A stretch of 64,000 nt of DNA from Alphaproteobacteria bacterium (lineage in GTDB: Bacteria; Pseudomonadota; Alphaproteobacteria; UBA828): contig CBDCRW010000006.1 of the NCBI GenBank assembly GCA_965221125.1, positions 608,001 to 672,000 of the forward strand. Reading direction: 5' to 3'. The translations under genes were made by a program, and so were the position numbers. Of this stretch, positions 1 to 13,110 are shown piece after piece. The stretch's first letter is position 1. Every line of letters starts with the position of its first letter. The notes below the pieces were generated by a model that saw nothing but the letters and a program-made list of their open reading frames with translations, did not search any database and was not told the DNA's origin.

Positions 1-1
1 C

Positions 2-493
2 AAGGCGCTCGGGATCACGCGACAGGCCGGCGGGCGTGTCTGCCTCTCGCTTTCCGACAGCTTCTGCGTGGAGCGCCACCGGGTTGAGCTTCGCACGCTG
101 GTAGCGAACCACATCGACGTGCTGTTTGCGAACGAAGGCGAGGCGATGGCGCTCTACGAGGTGAGGGACTTCGACGCGGCACTCGCGGCCGCCCGCGCGG
201 ACTGCGCCGTCGCCGCGTTGACCCGCAGCGCCAAGGGCTCGGTGGTCGCGGGCGAGGGCGCGGTCCATGCAATCGAGGCGGCGCCCATCGAGCGGCTGGT
301 GGATACCACCGGGGCGGGCGATCTCTACGCTGCGGGCTTTCTCTTAGGGCTGGCGCGGGGCTTCGACCTCGCCCGCTGCGGCCGGCTCGCCTCGCTCACG
401 GCCGGCGAGATCCTGGGCCACTACGGCGCCCGGCCGGAGGCGGACATCGCCCCCTTCGTGGATGCAAGCCGGAACTCTCAGGGCAGCGCCTAA
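2..493 (+). CDS. PfkB-family sugar/adenosine kinase, 5'-truncated by window edge
   Basis: Frame is open from position 2 (KALGITRQAGGRVCLSLSDSFCVERHR). Has the FANEGE motif and the PfkB signature VDTTGAGDLYAAGF. Confidence 0.9.
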   Translation, partial: KALGITRQAGGRVCLSLSDSFCVERHRVELRTLVANHIDVLFANEGEAMALYEVRDFDAALAAARADCAVAALTRSAKGSVVAGEGAVHAIEAAPIERLVDTTGAGDLYAAGFLLGLARGFDLARCGRLASLTAGEILGHYGARPEADIAPFVDASRNSQGSA

Positions 494-1566
494 TCAACCT
501 TGGGCAGCACCTCGTTCTTGAGCAGCGCCATAGACTGGTGCCAGGCCTCGTAGGGCTCCCAGTCGTGGCCCATGGCGAGCAGGGTCCCGAAGGGGCCGAG
601 TTCGCCTCGCAGATCGTTCAGCTTCTGCGCGACCTCGTCGACGGAGCCCACGATGAAGACGTTGTCCACGAGGTAGTCCATGGTCACGTCGCTGTCGGCC
701 ATGTCCTGGTCGTTCTTCAGCAGCCGCAGCATGCCGACCTTGGGCAGGAGCCTGAAGAAGTAGTCGCGGAAATCGCGGGCGAGGATCCCGCCCGCGATCT
801 TGCGGGCCTCGGCGCCGGTTTCCGCCACCACGACCTCGCGGGCGACACGCCAGACGCTGGGGTCGGGGGCGCGACCCGCCTCCTGCGCGCCTTCCTCGAT
901 GGCGTCCCAGTGGGTCTTGAGCAGCACCGGCGGCACGAGGTTGATGGACATGGGCATCCAGCCCTTGGCGGCGGCCATCTTCAGCGTGGACGAGCGGGGC
1001 GAGACGCCGGCGACGCCGATGGGCGGGTGCGGCTTCTGGTAGGGGCGAACGTGCGCCCGGAGCCCGATGTCGGTCTCGGTCTCGGGCACGGTGAAGCGGA
1101 AGCCGTCGCTCTCGTAGACGCCGGGCTCGGGATCGGTCCAGAGCTTCAGGATGGTGTCGAGCGCAGCCCGCGTGTAGCTCTGGTTGTCGATGGCGGGGTC
1201 GTCGCCCCAGTAGCCGAAGACCCGCATGTCGCCGGGGAAGCTGCCTGTGCCGACGCCCCAGTTGAAGCGGCCCTCCGCCATGTGGTCCAGCTGCGCGATG
1301 CGGTGGGCGAGGACGAAGGGATCGTGGTTCGGGATGCAGCTCACCCCCGTGCCCAGCCTGATCTGCTTCGTCAGCGGCAGCGCCTGCGCGATGAGCAGGT
1401 CCGGCGCGGGGATGTTCTCCCACTCCGACGTGAAGTGCTCGCCGATCCAGACCTCGGAATAGCCGAGCGCGTCGAGCTTGACGATCTGATCCAGGTCCGC
1501 CTTGAGCGTCTCGGTGAAGTTCGCGCCCGGCGGGTGCAGCGGCATGGTGAACAGGCCGAGTTGCAT
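490..1566 (-). CDS. LLM-class (luciferase-like) flavin-dependent monooxygenase
   Basis: MQLGLFTMPLHPP start, W(I)GEHF, IRLGTGV, AQLDHMAEGRFNWGVG and KPHPPI motifs. Start placed at ATG 1566. Confidence 0.9.
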   Translation of the reverse strand: MQLGLFTMPLHPPGANFTETLKADLDQIVKLDALGYSEVWIGEHFTSEWENIPAPDLLIAQALPLTKQIRLGTGVSCIPNHDPFVLAHRIAQLDHMAEGRFNWGVGTGSFPGDMRVFGYWGDDPAIDNQSYTRAALDTILKLWTDPEPGVYESDGFRFTVPETETDIGLRAHVRPYQKPHPPIGVAGVSPRSSTLKMAAAKGWMPMSINLVPPVLLKTHWDAIEEGAQEAGRAPDPSVWRVAREVVVAETGAEARKIAGGILARDFRDYFFRLLPKVGMLRLLKNDQDMADSDVTMDYLVDNVFIVGSVDEVAQKLNDLRGELGPFGTLLAMGHDWEPYEAWHQSMALLKNEVLPKVD

Positions 1567-1653
1567 GGAACCGTCTCCAGCGGTGTTCGTCCACGTGAGC
1601 GCCCACAATACCGGGGGCGCCCGGCCCTCGCGAATCTGGGCGGGGGCGTCCCT

Positions 1654-2526
1654 TCAACTCGGAGGCGGCGCGGCTGCCTTGGCCTCGATGGTGTCGCGCG
1701 CGACCTTGGCCTCGCGGTAGGCGAGATAAAGCGTGCTCGCGAAGATGACCACGCCGCCGACCCAGACGTAGAGCACCGGGACCTCGTTGAACAGCAGGTA
1801 GCCGTAGAGCGACGACCAGATCAGGCGCAGGAAATCGACCGGGAGCACCACCGTGGTGTCGGCCTCGCGAAAGGCTTGGGCGAGGCAGAGATGGCCGAGC
1901 GTGCCGACGCTCCCCATCAGCGCGAACCAGCCGAGGTCTTCCAGAGACGGCCATTGCCAGACGAAGGCCGCCGCGATCGACGAAAGCGGCGTGAGGAAGA
2001 CCGCCATGTAGGCCGTCATCGTCAGGCTGGATTCCGTGCGCGACAGCACCTTGAGCAGGATCAGCGCGGCGGCCCAGACAGCCGATGAGCCGAGGACCAG
2101 CAGCGAGCCGGGGTCGAGCGCCGCCATGCCGGGGCGGATGATCACCAGCGCGCCCGCGAAGCCCAGGATCAGCGCCGCGATGCGCCGGATGCGCACCACT
2201 TCGCCCAGCAGCAGAACCGCGCCCACGGTGACGAACAGCGGCGCCGTGAAGCTCAGCGCGGCGATGGTGCCGAGCGGCGTGATCGGCACCGCGGAGAAGA
2301 ACATCAGCATGGCGGAGACGTGGACCGCGCCGCGCACGGCGTGGAGCGGCAGCTTGCGCGTGCGCAAGGCGCCGAAGCCGTGGCGCAGCAGGAACGGCGC
2401 GATGAAGACGAGGCCGAAGAAGTTGCGGAAGAACGCGACTTCGAAGGGGTGCTGCTCGCTCGATGCGATGCGGATCACGGCGTGCATCGTGGCGAAGGTG
2501 ACGGTCGCCACGAGCAGCAGGAGCAT
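1654..2526 (-). CDS. DMT/EamA family transporter
   Basis: About 10 hydrophobic segments, FTAPLF..LLLGEVV and IIRPG motifs, duplicated EamA halves. Start codon uncertain. Confidence 0.9.
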   Translation of the reverse strand: MLLLLVATVTFATMHAVIRIASSEQHPFEVAFFRNFFGLVFIAPFLLRHGFGALRTRKLPLHAVRGAVHVSAMLMFFSAVPITPLGTIAALSFTAPLFVTVGAVLLLGEVVRIRRIAALILGFAGALVIIRPGMAALDPGSLLVLGSSAVWAAALILLKVLSRTESSLTMTAYMAVFLTPLSSIAAAFVWQWPSLEDLGWFALMGSVGTLGHLCLAQAFREADTTVVLPVDFLRLIWSSLYGYLLFNEVPVLYVWVGGVVIFASTLYLAYREAKVARDTIEAKAAAPPPS

Positions 2527-2602
2527 GCCGCGCGCAGGCGGCGGCAGGGCTTGATAGGCGGCGAGAAGCGGCGCGAGCAGTCTGGCCCAGCGCGGGAGGC
2601 CG

Positions 2603-2998
2603 TTAGGGACGCGGCTTCTCCTCGGTGGGGCCGCCGACCTCCTTCCAGGCGCCGAAGCCGCCCGCGATGTGGGCGACGGGGCTAAGTCCCATGTTTTGCG
2701 CTGACTGGGTCGCCAGCGCCGAGCGCATGCCGCCCGCGCAGAAGAAGACGAACTTCTTGCCGCTCGCGAAGAAGGGCTTGTGATAGGGGCTCTCGGGGTC
2801 GATCCAGAACTCGATCATGCCCCGCGGCACGTGGCGCGCGCCGGGGACGGCGCCTTCGCGCCAGAGCTCCCGGATGTCGCGGATGTCGACGAGCTCGACG
2901 TTCGCGTCGTCCAGCAGCGCGATGGCGTCCTCGGCCGCAAGCGTCTCGATCTCGGCCTCGGCGTCCGTCACCAGCTCCTTGATGCCCTTGGTGATCAT
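2603..2998 (-). CDS. Single-domain rhodanese-like protein
   Basis: MITKGIKELV start with GGAG RBS, VDIRDIRE, PRGMIEFW, active loop CAGGMRS, GGFGAW. Confidence 0.9.
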   Translation of the reverse strand: MITKGIKELVTDAEAEIETLAAEDAIALLDDANVELVDIRDIRELWREGAVPGARHVPRGMIEFWIDPESPYHKPFFASGKKFVFFCAGGMRSALATQSAQNMGLSPVAHIAGGFGAWKEVGGPTEEKPRP

Positions 2999-3069
2999 GC
3001 TCGTCTCCCTGCGCCTGTCCGGGCGGCGGGATGATGGCCGATGCCGGGCGCGGACGCCAGCGGCCCGCG

Positions 3070-4032
3070 TCAGCCTTCGTCGGATGACGGTGGCGGCGTC
3101 TCCAGCGCGGCCAGCAGGGCGAGCAGCCGCGCGTCCCGCTCGACCGCGAGCGCCGGGATCGACTGTCCGCCCAGCATGGCGTCCACGGCGCTGCCGATGG
3201 TCTCGACCGCGTCCACGTCGAGGCGGGGCGGGCCGGAACTGGCGGACCAGTCCTGCAGGCCCGGCCCGAAATGGCGGAGCGCCCCGCGCATGCCGCCCTC
3301 GCCGCCGGCGAGATGCATGGTGAGGAACGGCCCCATGAAGGCCCAGCGGAGGCCGGGCCCGTGGGAGACCGCCGTGTCGATGTCGGCGGCGCTCGCCGTG
3401 CCGGAGAGCAGCAGGCGGAAGGCTTCGCACAGGAGCGCGGCCTGCAGGCGGTTGGCGATATGGCCGGGGACCTCGCGCTCCACCCTGATCGCGCGCTTGC
3501 CGTGGGCGTTGTAGAAGGCGAGCGCCCAGTCCACCACGTCGGGATCGGTAGCGCGCCCGCCCACCACCTCGACCAGGGGGACAAGATGGGGCGGGTTGAA
3601 GGGGTGGCCCACGACGAAGCGCGCGCCGCTCTGGAAACCTTCCTGAAGCTCGCTGATGAGGAGCCCCGACGAGCTCGACGACAGGATGGCGTCGGCCGTG
3701 AGCGCCGAATCGATTCGGCCGTAGAGTTCGCGCTTGAGCGCCACGTCCTCCGGCGCGTTCTCCTGAACGAAGATCGCGCCTTCGACGGCAGCCTCCGGCG
3801 CACCCACCACGCGGACCCGTGCGGGATCGGCGCCGGGCTCAAGGCCGAGGCGCTCCATCGCAGGCCACGCCGCGTCGATGAAGGCCCGGAGGCGGCCGGC
3901 GGCGTCGGGTGCAGGGTCCCACGCCGTGACCGAGAAGCCGCGCGCCAGAAAGTAGGTCGCCCAGCTCGCGCCGATCGTCCCGGTGCCGAGCAGCGCAATA
4001 TCGCCGACCGTTTCAGGTGCGGGCCGTGCCAT
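3070..4032 (-). CDS. 3-hydroxyacyl-CoA dehydrogenase family (carnitine 3-dehydrogenase/lambda-crystallin-like)
   Basis: GTGTIG Rossmann motif, [48 protein letters not shown] upstream of ATG 4032. Confidence 0.88.
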   Translation of the reverse strand: MARPAPETVGDIALLGTGTIGASWATYFLARGFSVTAWDPAPDAAGRLRAFIDAAWPAMERLGLEPGADPARVRVVGAPEAAVEGAIFVQENAPEDVALKRELYGRIDSALTADAILSSSSSGLLISELQEGFQSGARFVVGHPFNPPHLVPLVEVVGGRATDPDVVDWALAFYNAHGKRAIRVEREVPGHIANRLQAALLCEAFRLLLSGTASAADIDTAVSHGPGLRWAFMGPFLTMHLAGGEGGMRGALRHFGPGLQDWSASSGPPRLDVDAVETIGSAVDAMLGGQSIPALAVERDARLLALLAALETPPPSSDEG

Positions 4033-4168
4033 GGGGTGCCTCCTTCGCTCGCCGGTGGGTCGATGGTCAGGGGCGGCGCTGTCGAATTTGCCGCCCGGCG
4101 GTATATATACCGGGACCAACCCGCAATCGAGGGACCGGGCCGGACCGGCGTGTTGGTGTAAGGAGAGC

Positions 4169-4591
4169 ATGATGGCGGACAAGGTGGTGAAGACGGACGC
4201 GGAGTGGCGCGCGGCGCTGACCGAGGAGCAGTACTACGTGACCCGGCAGGGGGGCACCGAGCGGCCCTTCACGGGCGCCTACTGCAGCGAGAAGAGGCCG
4301 GGTGCGTACGTCTGCGTCTGCTGCGGCGCTCCCCTCTTCGATTCCGCCGACAAGTTCGAGTCAGGCACCGGATGGCCGAGCTTCACGAAGCCGGTCGATC
4401 AGGCCAACGTCGGCACGCTGGAGGACAACAGCTACGGCATGCGCCGGGTGGAGGTCGTCTGCAGCCGCTGCGACGCCCACCTCGGCCACGTCTTCCCGGA
4501 CGGGCCGGCGCCCACGGGGCTGCGCTACTGCATGAACTCCGCCTCGCTCGTGCTCACGCCGAGCGACGAAGGCGGATCGGAGGACTCCTAG
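4169..4591 (+). CDS. msrB: Peptide-methionine (R)-S-oxide reductase
   Basis: GTERPF, two CxxC zinc motifs, [33 protein letters not shown]. Confidence 0.97.
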   Translation: MMADKVVKTDAEWRAALTEEQYYVTRQGGTERPFTGAYCSEKRPGAYVCVCCGAPLFDSADKFESGTGWPSFTKPVDQANVGTLEDNSYGMRRVEVVCSRCDAHLGHVFPDGPAPTGLRYCMNSASLVLTPSDEGGSEDS

Positions 4592-4639
4592 CCGGCAACT
4601 CTCGCCACGATTGCGGCGGCGGGGACGTGAAGGCGGGTG

Positions 4640-5566
4640 CTATTCCTCTTTCGAGGAGGCCACTTCGCGGACGATATCCCGAAAGATCCCGAACGGAGAC
4701 AGGTCATCGGCGGAGCGCCGCGAGACCATCCCGGCGCGGTAGCGGAGCGAGCCGAACGCCACCGGCAAGGGCTTCAACGGGTCTCCGGGTATCCTGTCGA
4801 GGAAGGTGAGCGAGAGCCACGACAGGTAGGGGCCGACCCGCATCAGGGACAGGCCGCCGGAGCCCGCGCGCGTGACGGTCTTCACCCGCCTGCCGGTGCG
4901 GTCGTAGAGCTGGTCGAGAACCCCGGTCAACGCGGGCCGCCCGTTCGCGGCGTCCGATCGCAAGGGTGCGTCGAAGTCGATCCACGGGTAGTCGGCGAGC
5001 ACCTCTTCGCCCGCAATGCCCGAATGCAGCGGATGGCTCCTGTGGGCGACGATCCCCCACGTCATGTCGAGAAAGCGTTCGCTCCTCAGGAACTGCGGCA
5101 GGGGTTCGTTGCTGTTGATGCCGCCGCAGTGGAGGTCGCTGTCGCCGTTCGCCAGGAGGCGGATCCCCTCCGACAGGGGCGTGGTCTTCAGCTTGACCTC
5201 CACCCCGGGGCAGGTCTCGTGAAACCTGGCGATGATCTCGGGCAGGACGGCTCCCATCCACACGGGACCGGCGGTGACCCGCAGGCTGCCGGTGCGGCCG
5301 GAGAGCGTGGCGTTGATCTTCTCCTCGGCGACCTCGATCTCGTAGAGGATGTGGCGCGCCAGATCCGCGACCACGGCGCCGAGCGGCGTGAGCCGGACGC
5401 CCGTGGACATGCGGTCGAAGAGCCGGCCGCCGAACTGGCGCTCGAGCCGCGCGACCACCCGCGAGAGCGCTGGCTGCGTGATGCCGAGCTTGTCGGCTGC
5501 GGAGAGAATGGCGCCGGTCTCCGCGACGGCCAGGAATTTGGTCAGGTCCTTGCGTTTCTCAAACAT
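4640..5566 (-). CDS. LysR-family transcriptional regulator
   Basis: N-terminal HTH FLAVAETGAILSAADKLGITQPALSR..LE...LF.R followed by a substrate-binding domain. AAGGA upstream of ATG 5566. Confidence 0.93.
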   Translation of the reverse strand: MFEKRKDLTKFLAVAETGAILSAADKLGITQPALSRVVARLERQFGGRLFDRMSTGVRLTPLGAVVADLARHILYEIEVAEEKINATLSGRTGSLRVTAGPVWMGAVLPEIIARFHETCPGVEVKLKTTPLSEGIRLLANGDSDLHCGGINSNEPLPQFLRSERFLDMTWGIVAHRSHPLHSGIAGEEVLADYPWIDFDAPLRSDAANGRPALTGVLDQLYDRTGRRVKTVTRAGSGGLSLMRVGPYLSWLSLTFLDRIPGDPLKPLPVAFGSLRYRAGMVSRRSADDLSPFGIFRDIVREVASSKEE

Positions 5567-5661
5567 CTTGTGTCCACATCCTTCGGGGATTAACTCGATG
5601 TCCCTCACGCATGGATGTGGCAAGCAAATCGAATATCGTCTAACATAGAATTCTGATTTCG

Positions 5662-5682
5662 GTGATATGAATTACTTATCAC
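5662..5682. promoter_or_regulatory. Putative LysR-type binding site (T-N11-A dyad)
   Basis: GTGATA-tgaattact-TATCAC perfect inverted repeat containing T-N11-A, ~95 bp upstream of the LysR start. Confidence 0.6.
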
Positions 5683-6222
5683 GCTCTGCCGTTGGGGAGC
5701 ATGACAGCACGCTCTTGGCCAAACGGAGGACGTGAGAGCATTGAGATTTGTGATATGGCGCTCTGCATCCTCAGGCAGAGCCATCCGGCATGCCGAACCA
5801 CTGTGTCGGTTTCGGCAGAGTGACCCTAACATTTTGTTTTGAAATCCGTTATTCGGCGCGATGGCGGAGGCCGCAGGGCGCGCGCCAGGCGCCGGTCACG
5901 GGATGATTCAATCGAAGGTCGAGGCTCAGCGCGACGGGAATCGAGGTTGCTCACTCTTGCAGTGTTGCTTCTTTCTGACTTGAAGCACGCGTTCTGCACA
6001 AGCGTCGGATGCCTAGTTATGCTGCTTGTGCATATATTTTTTGTAGATGGTTATTGTGTGGCGGATCGCGCCGCGCTTAGTGCCCCGTGCGAAACGGGGT
6101 TTCCGAGAGTAAGCACACCGAATAACCGTGTGATCTCGATAAGCGCGTGGGAGCGACGGGTTGCGCCGAACTCCGAGTGGGTCGAGGGTGGCCTTCCTGG
6201 TGAACACCCCCGCTGCGATCGC

Positions 6223-6240
6223 CTGTCGCAAAACGGTCAC
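6223..6240 (+). promoter_or_regulatory. Putative Pho box (PhoB site)
   Basis: CTGTCGC-AAAA-CGGTCAC resembles the CTGTCAT-N4-CTGTCAT direct repeat and lies ~110 bp upstream of phoX. Confidence 0.65.
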
Positions 6241-6349
6241 CTGAGTGCCGGCGGGCCGTAACCGGCCATCGTTATCTCCGGCAATGCGTGCGGCGCTGGA
6301 TGGGCGGCACGGGCCCGGTGCAAACTTCACTCGACCACGGGAGATGGAC

Positions 6350-8251
6350 ATGCGCGATCATGCGGTGACGGCACAAGACGCGATCTCACGGGACGATGCC
6401 GGCGGGAGCAACGACCGGCACGCCCTGCCCACCGATTTCGAGCTGCTTGCCGCCCGCGCGGTCTCGCGGCGCGGCTTCCTGCGCGGCGGCGCGGCCTTCG
6501 GCGCCGCCGCGTTCGTGCTGGGGGCCGGCGGCATGGCGGCAACGCCCGTGCGCGCTGCGGCGGCGGGCCTGGATTTCACGCCCGTCGCCGCCAATGGCCT
6601 CGACACGGTGACCGTGCCGGAAGGCTACGGCTGGCACGTGGTGGCGCGCTGGGGCGATCCGCTCTGGTCGGAAGGCGCTGCGTTCAACCACGCGACGCGC
6701 GGCACCGGCGCGAGCCAGGAGAGGGCTTTCGGCGACAACTGCGACGGCATGGCGCTCTACACGCACGAGGGCCGCAGCGTGCTCGCCGTGAACAACGAGT
6801 ACACGAACCTCGGCATCGCCTTCGCCAACCGGGAATCGGGCGAGCCGGAGACCGATGACGACGTGCGCAAGTGCAAGGCTGCGCACGGCGTCTCCGTCGT
6901 CGAGATCGCGCGGCAGGACGGCGTCTGGGGAATCGTGCAGGACTCGCCCTACAACCGGCGCATCACCCCCGACACGCCGATGGAGATCACGGGGCCTGCC
7001 CGCGGCCACGACCTCGTGAAGACCGCAGCCGACCCCGTTGGCACGACCGCGCTTGGCACCTGGAACAACTGCGGCAACGGGCGCACCCCCTGGGGCACCT
7101 ATCTTGCCTGCGAGGAGAATTTCAACGGCTACTTCTCGTCGAGCGATCCCGACCTCGCCCTCAGCGCGGCGCAGAAGCGCTACGGCATCAAGCTGGAGGA
7201 CAGGGGCTATCGCTGGGCGATGACGGACGAGCGCTTCGACATCGCGAAGCACCCCAACGAGGCCAACCGCGCGGGCTACGTGGTGGAGATCGACCCGCTG
7301 GATCCGGCGTCCGTGCCGAAGAAGCGTACCGCGCTCGGCCGCTTCAAGCACGAGAACGCGGAGGTGACGCTGGCGGCCGACGGCCGGGTCGTGGTCTACC
7401 TCGGCGACGACGAGCGGGGCGAGTTCCTCTATCGCTTCGTGAGCGACGGCACGTACGCCGAGGGCGGCGAGAATCGGGACCTGCTCGAGAGCGGGACGCT
7501 CTCCGTCGCGAAGTTCGCCGACGGCGGGCGCGGCGCGTGGATCGCGCTCACGCCCGAGACCACCGGCATGGCGTCGCAGGCCGATATCTGCATCCACACC
7601 CGCCAGGCGGCGTCGGCGGTCGGCGCCACGACCATGGACCGGCCCGAATGGGTGGCCGCCAACGCGGCCAGCGCCTATTGCTGCCTCACCAACAACAAGA
7701 ACCGCGGCGTCAAGCCCAACGCGGGCGGCGATGCGACGCCGGTGGGCGGCCCCAACCCGAGGGAGAAGAACAAGTACGGCCAGATCGTGCGTTGGACGCC
7801 CGATGGCGGCGACCATGCGGCCGACACGTTCGCATGGGATCTCTACGTCGTCGCGGGCAACCCGGCGGTCCACGAAGACGCCCGCGCAGGCTCGGCCAAC
7901 GTGACCGCCGACAACATGTTCAACTCGCCCGACGGCCTCGCCTTCGACAGTCGGGGCCGCCTCTGGATCCAGACCGACGGCAAGTACTCCAACGAGGGCG
8001 ACTTCGCCGGCCAGGGCAACAACATGATGCTGGTGGGCGACCCCGCCACCGGCGCGATTCGCCGCTTCCTCGTGGGCCCGAAGGAGTGCGAGGTCACCGG
8101 AATCACCTGGAGCGCCGACCGCACGACTCTCCTCGTCGGCATCCAGCACCCCGGAGAGAAGGGCAACAGCCACTTCCCCGAAGGCGGCGAGGCGGCGCCG
8201 CGCTCCTCCGTGATCGCGATCGCCCGCGACGACGGCGGCGTCATCGGTTAG
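6350..8251 (+). CDS. phoX: PhoX-family (DUF839) alkaline phosphatase, Tat-exported
   Basis: SRRGFL Tat motif, GDNCDGM, NNEY, NNCGNGRTPWGTYLACEEN, GRFKHE, MDRPEW, SPDGL, CEVTG, IQHPGE. Confidence 0.93.
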   Translation: MRDHAVTAQDAISRDDAGGSNDRHALPTDFELLAARAVSRRGFLRGGAAFGAAAFVLGAGGMAATPVRAAAAGLDFTPVAANGLDTVTVPEGYGWHVVARWGDPLWSEGAAFNHATRGTGASQERAFGDNCDGMALYTHEGRSVLAVNNEYTNLGIAFANRESGEPETDDDVRKCKAAHGVSVVEIARQDGVWGIVQDSPYNRRITPDTPMEITGPARGHDLVKTAADPVGTTALGTWNNCGNGRTPWGTYLACEENFNGYFSSSDPDLALSAAQKRYGIKLEDRGYRWAMTDERFDIAKHPNEANRAGYVVEIDPLDPASVPKKRTALGRFKHENAEVTLAADGRVVVYLGDDERGEFLYRFVSDGTYAEGGENRDLLESGTLSVAKFADGGRGAWIALTPETTGMASQADICIHTRQAASAVGATTMDRPEWVAANAASAYCCLTNNKNRGVKPNAGGDATPVGGPNPREKNKYGQIVRWTPDGGDHAADTFAWDLYVVAGNPAVHEDARAGSANVTADNMFNSPDGLAFDSRGRLWIQTDGKYSNEGDFAGQGNNMMLVGDPATGAIRRFLVGPKECEVTGITWSADRTTLLVGIQHPGEKGNSHFPEGGEAAPRSSVIAIARDDGGVIG

Positions 8252-8279
8252 GGCGTCGCAGGGCGTCGATCTGTCGCAG

Positions 8280-8307
8280 TTGACCGGAGAGGCTAAGTCA
8301 GTAGTAT
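8280..8307 (+). promoter_or_regulatory. Putative sigma70 promoter of gcv operon
   Basis: TTGACC-N16-TAGTAT immediately upstream of the riboswitch. Confidence 0.5.
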
Positions 8308-8324
8308 TGCCGCACCGGTCTTGC

Positions 8325-8532
8325 AGGTGAACCCCGCGGGAGAGTTCGCGCGGCCCGGCCGCGCGGCGCCGAAGGAGCAAGCGTCCCGGAAACTCTCAGG
8401 CATCAGGGACCGTGGGGGGATGCGACTCTGGAAAGCAGGCGGCAGACGCTGCGCTGCCTCACCGACGGGGTAAGCCGGCGGCTGCCAATCGGCCGCAGGG
8501 TTAATCTCTCAGGTTCCGAGACAGAGGGGGCA
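8325..8532 (+). ncRNA. Tandem glycine riboswitch
   Basis: Aptamer 1: GGAGAG...CCGAAGGAGCAA...AAACTCTCAGG. Aptamer 2: CTCTGGAAAG...ACCGACGGGGTAA...AATCTCTCAGG...ACAGAG. Located 5' of gcvT. Confidence 0.95.
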
Positions 8533-8588
8533 CCGGACGATCCCGTGCGGGGTCGCTGCCCTGTGTCTGCGTTTGCCTGGGAGAAGCC

Positions 8589-9701
8589 ATGAGCGACGAC
8601 GCCGGTACCCTCGCCCGAACGCCGCTCTTCAACGAGCACCGCGCCCTCGGCGCCACGCTGGTGCCGTTTGCGGGCTACGAGATGCCCGTGCGCTACGAGG
8701 CCGGCATCATGGCGGAGCACATGCACACGCGCACCGCCGCCGGGCTGTTCGACGTCTCGCACATGGGCCAGCTCCGGCTCACCGGGCCCGGTGCCGCGGA
8801 CGCGCTGGAGCGCCTCGTGCCGGGCGACATCGCGGGTCTCGCTGCCGGCGCCATGCGCTACACCCAGTTCACTAACGACGATGGCGGCATCCTCGACGAC
8901 CTGATCGCCACGCGCACCGACGACGGGCTCTCCCTGGTCGTCAACGCTTCGTGCAAGGACGCGGACATCGCCCACCTGGAACGCCGGCTCGATGCCGGCG
9001 TTGTCCTGTCGGTGCTCGCCGAGCGCGGGCTCGTCGCGCTGCAGGGGCCGAAGGCGGCGGCGGTGCTCGATCGCCACGCGCCGGGATGCGGCGGGCTCGC
9101 GTTCATGACCGCCGGCACCTTCGCCATCGGCGGGGTGGACGCGCTGGTCTCCCGCTCTGGCTACACCGGTGAGGACGGTTTCGAGATTTCGCTGCCCGCG
9201 GACGAGACGGCATCGTTCTGGCGGCGGCTCATGGCCGAGCCGGAGGTCGAGGCGGTCGGGCTCGGCGCCCGCGATTCGCTTCGCCTCGAGGCCGGGCTCT
9301 GCCTCTACGGCCACGATATCGACGAGACGACGTCGCCGGTGGAGGCCGGACTTGCCTGGTCCATCGGCAAGCGGCGGCGGGCCGACGGCGGCTTCCCCGG
9401 CGCTGCGCGCATTCAGCAGGAGCTGGCGGCAGGCCCCGCGCGCCGCCGCGTCGGCATCCTGCCCGACGGTCGCGCGCCCGCGCGCGAAGGCACGCCGGTG
9501 CTGGACGCAAGCGGCGGCGAGATCGGCACCGTCACCAGCGGCGGCTTCGGGCCCACGGCGGGCGGGCCGGTCGCCATGGGCTACGTCGCGGCCGGGGCCG
9601 CGGAGATCGGCAGGCCGGTGTCGCTGCTGGTGCGGGGCAAGCCCCGGCCGGCGACCATCGTCAAGCTACCGTTCGTCCCCCACACCTATCACCGACCGTG
9701 A
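8589..9701 (+). CDS. gcvT: Glycine cleavage system T protein
   Basis: [44 protein letters not shown]. Confidence 0.98.
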   Translation: MSDDAGTLARTPLFNEHRALGATLVPFAGYEMPVRYEAGIMAEHMHTRTAAGLFDVSHMGQLRLTGPGAADALERLVPGDIAGLAAGAMRYTQFTNDDGGILDDLIATRTDDGLSLVVNASCKDADIAHLERRLDAGVVLSVLAERGLVALQGPKAAAVLDRHAPGCGGLAFMTAGTFAIGGVDALVSRSGYTGEDGFEISLPADETASFWRRLMAEPEVEAVGLGARDSLRLEAGLCLYGHDIDETTSPVEAGLAWSIGKRRRADGGFPGAARIQQELAAGPARRRVGILPDGRAPAREGTPVLDASGGEIGTVTSGGFGPTAGGPVAMGYVAAGAAEIGRPVSLLVRGKPRPATIVKLPFVPHTYHRP

Positions 9702-9714
9702 GCGAGAGGATGCC

Positions 9715-10098
9715 ATGAGCGGGCTCAAGTACAGCAAGGACCATGAATGGGTGCGCGTCGAAGGCGATGTCGGCACCGTCGGCATCTCCGACTACGCGCA
9801 GGAGCAGCTGGGCGACGTCGTCTACGTCGAGCTGCCGGAGGTGGGCCGAGCCGTCGCCCAGAACGAGGAGGCCGCAGTGGTCGAATCGGTCAAGGCGGCG
9901 AGCGAGGTATACGCGCCTGTCTCCGGCGAGGTCGTCGAGGTCAACCAGGCGCTGGAGGACGACCCGTCGCTGGTGAACGGCGACCCGACCGGCGAAGGCT
10001 GGTTCCTCAGGCTCCGGCTGAGCGCGCCCGGCGAGCTCGACGGGCTGATGGACGACGCGGCTTATGCTGATTACGTCGCCGGCCTCGGCGACGACTAG
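9715..10098 (+). CDS. gcvH: Glycine cleavage system H protein
   Basis: [22 protein letters not shown], lipoyl-lysine motif VESVKAASE. Confidence 0.98.
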   Translation: MSGLKYSKDHEWVRVEGDVGTVGISDYAQEQLGDVVYVELPEVGRAVAQNEEAAVVESVKAASEVYAPVSGEVVEVNQALEDDPSLVNGDPTGEGWFLRLRLSAPGELDGLMDDAAYADYVAGLGDD

Positions 10099-10171
10099 AC
10101 GCGACAAGGGAGCGTTCGCGGGACGCGGCGCCCATAAGCCGACGCCCGCCGGCAGGGAGGGAGCAAGCGCG

Positions 10172-13066
<2,895 letters not shown>

Positions 13067-13110
13067 GCGGCGGACCTATCGCAAATACGCCCAGTGAAAA
13101 TACAGACTAT

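Noticed and set aside
2527-2610. Open in-frame extension upstream of the EamA gene suggesting a non-canonical start or frameshift fusion with rhodanese
   Set aside because: No slippery site or clear start codon. Open frames are common at this GC content and the ATG at 2526 yields a near-complete protein.
4169-4591. Possible selenocysteine recoding in redox genes (msrB, also rhodanese and TlpA)
   Set aside because: All catalytic positions are ordinary Cys codons, with no in-frame TGA.
5839-6351. ORFs of 140 aa (+) and 112 aa (-) in the LysR-phoX gap
   Set aside because: No RBS, atypical composition, no recognisable motif, and they overlap the predicted Pho box.
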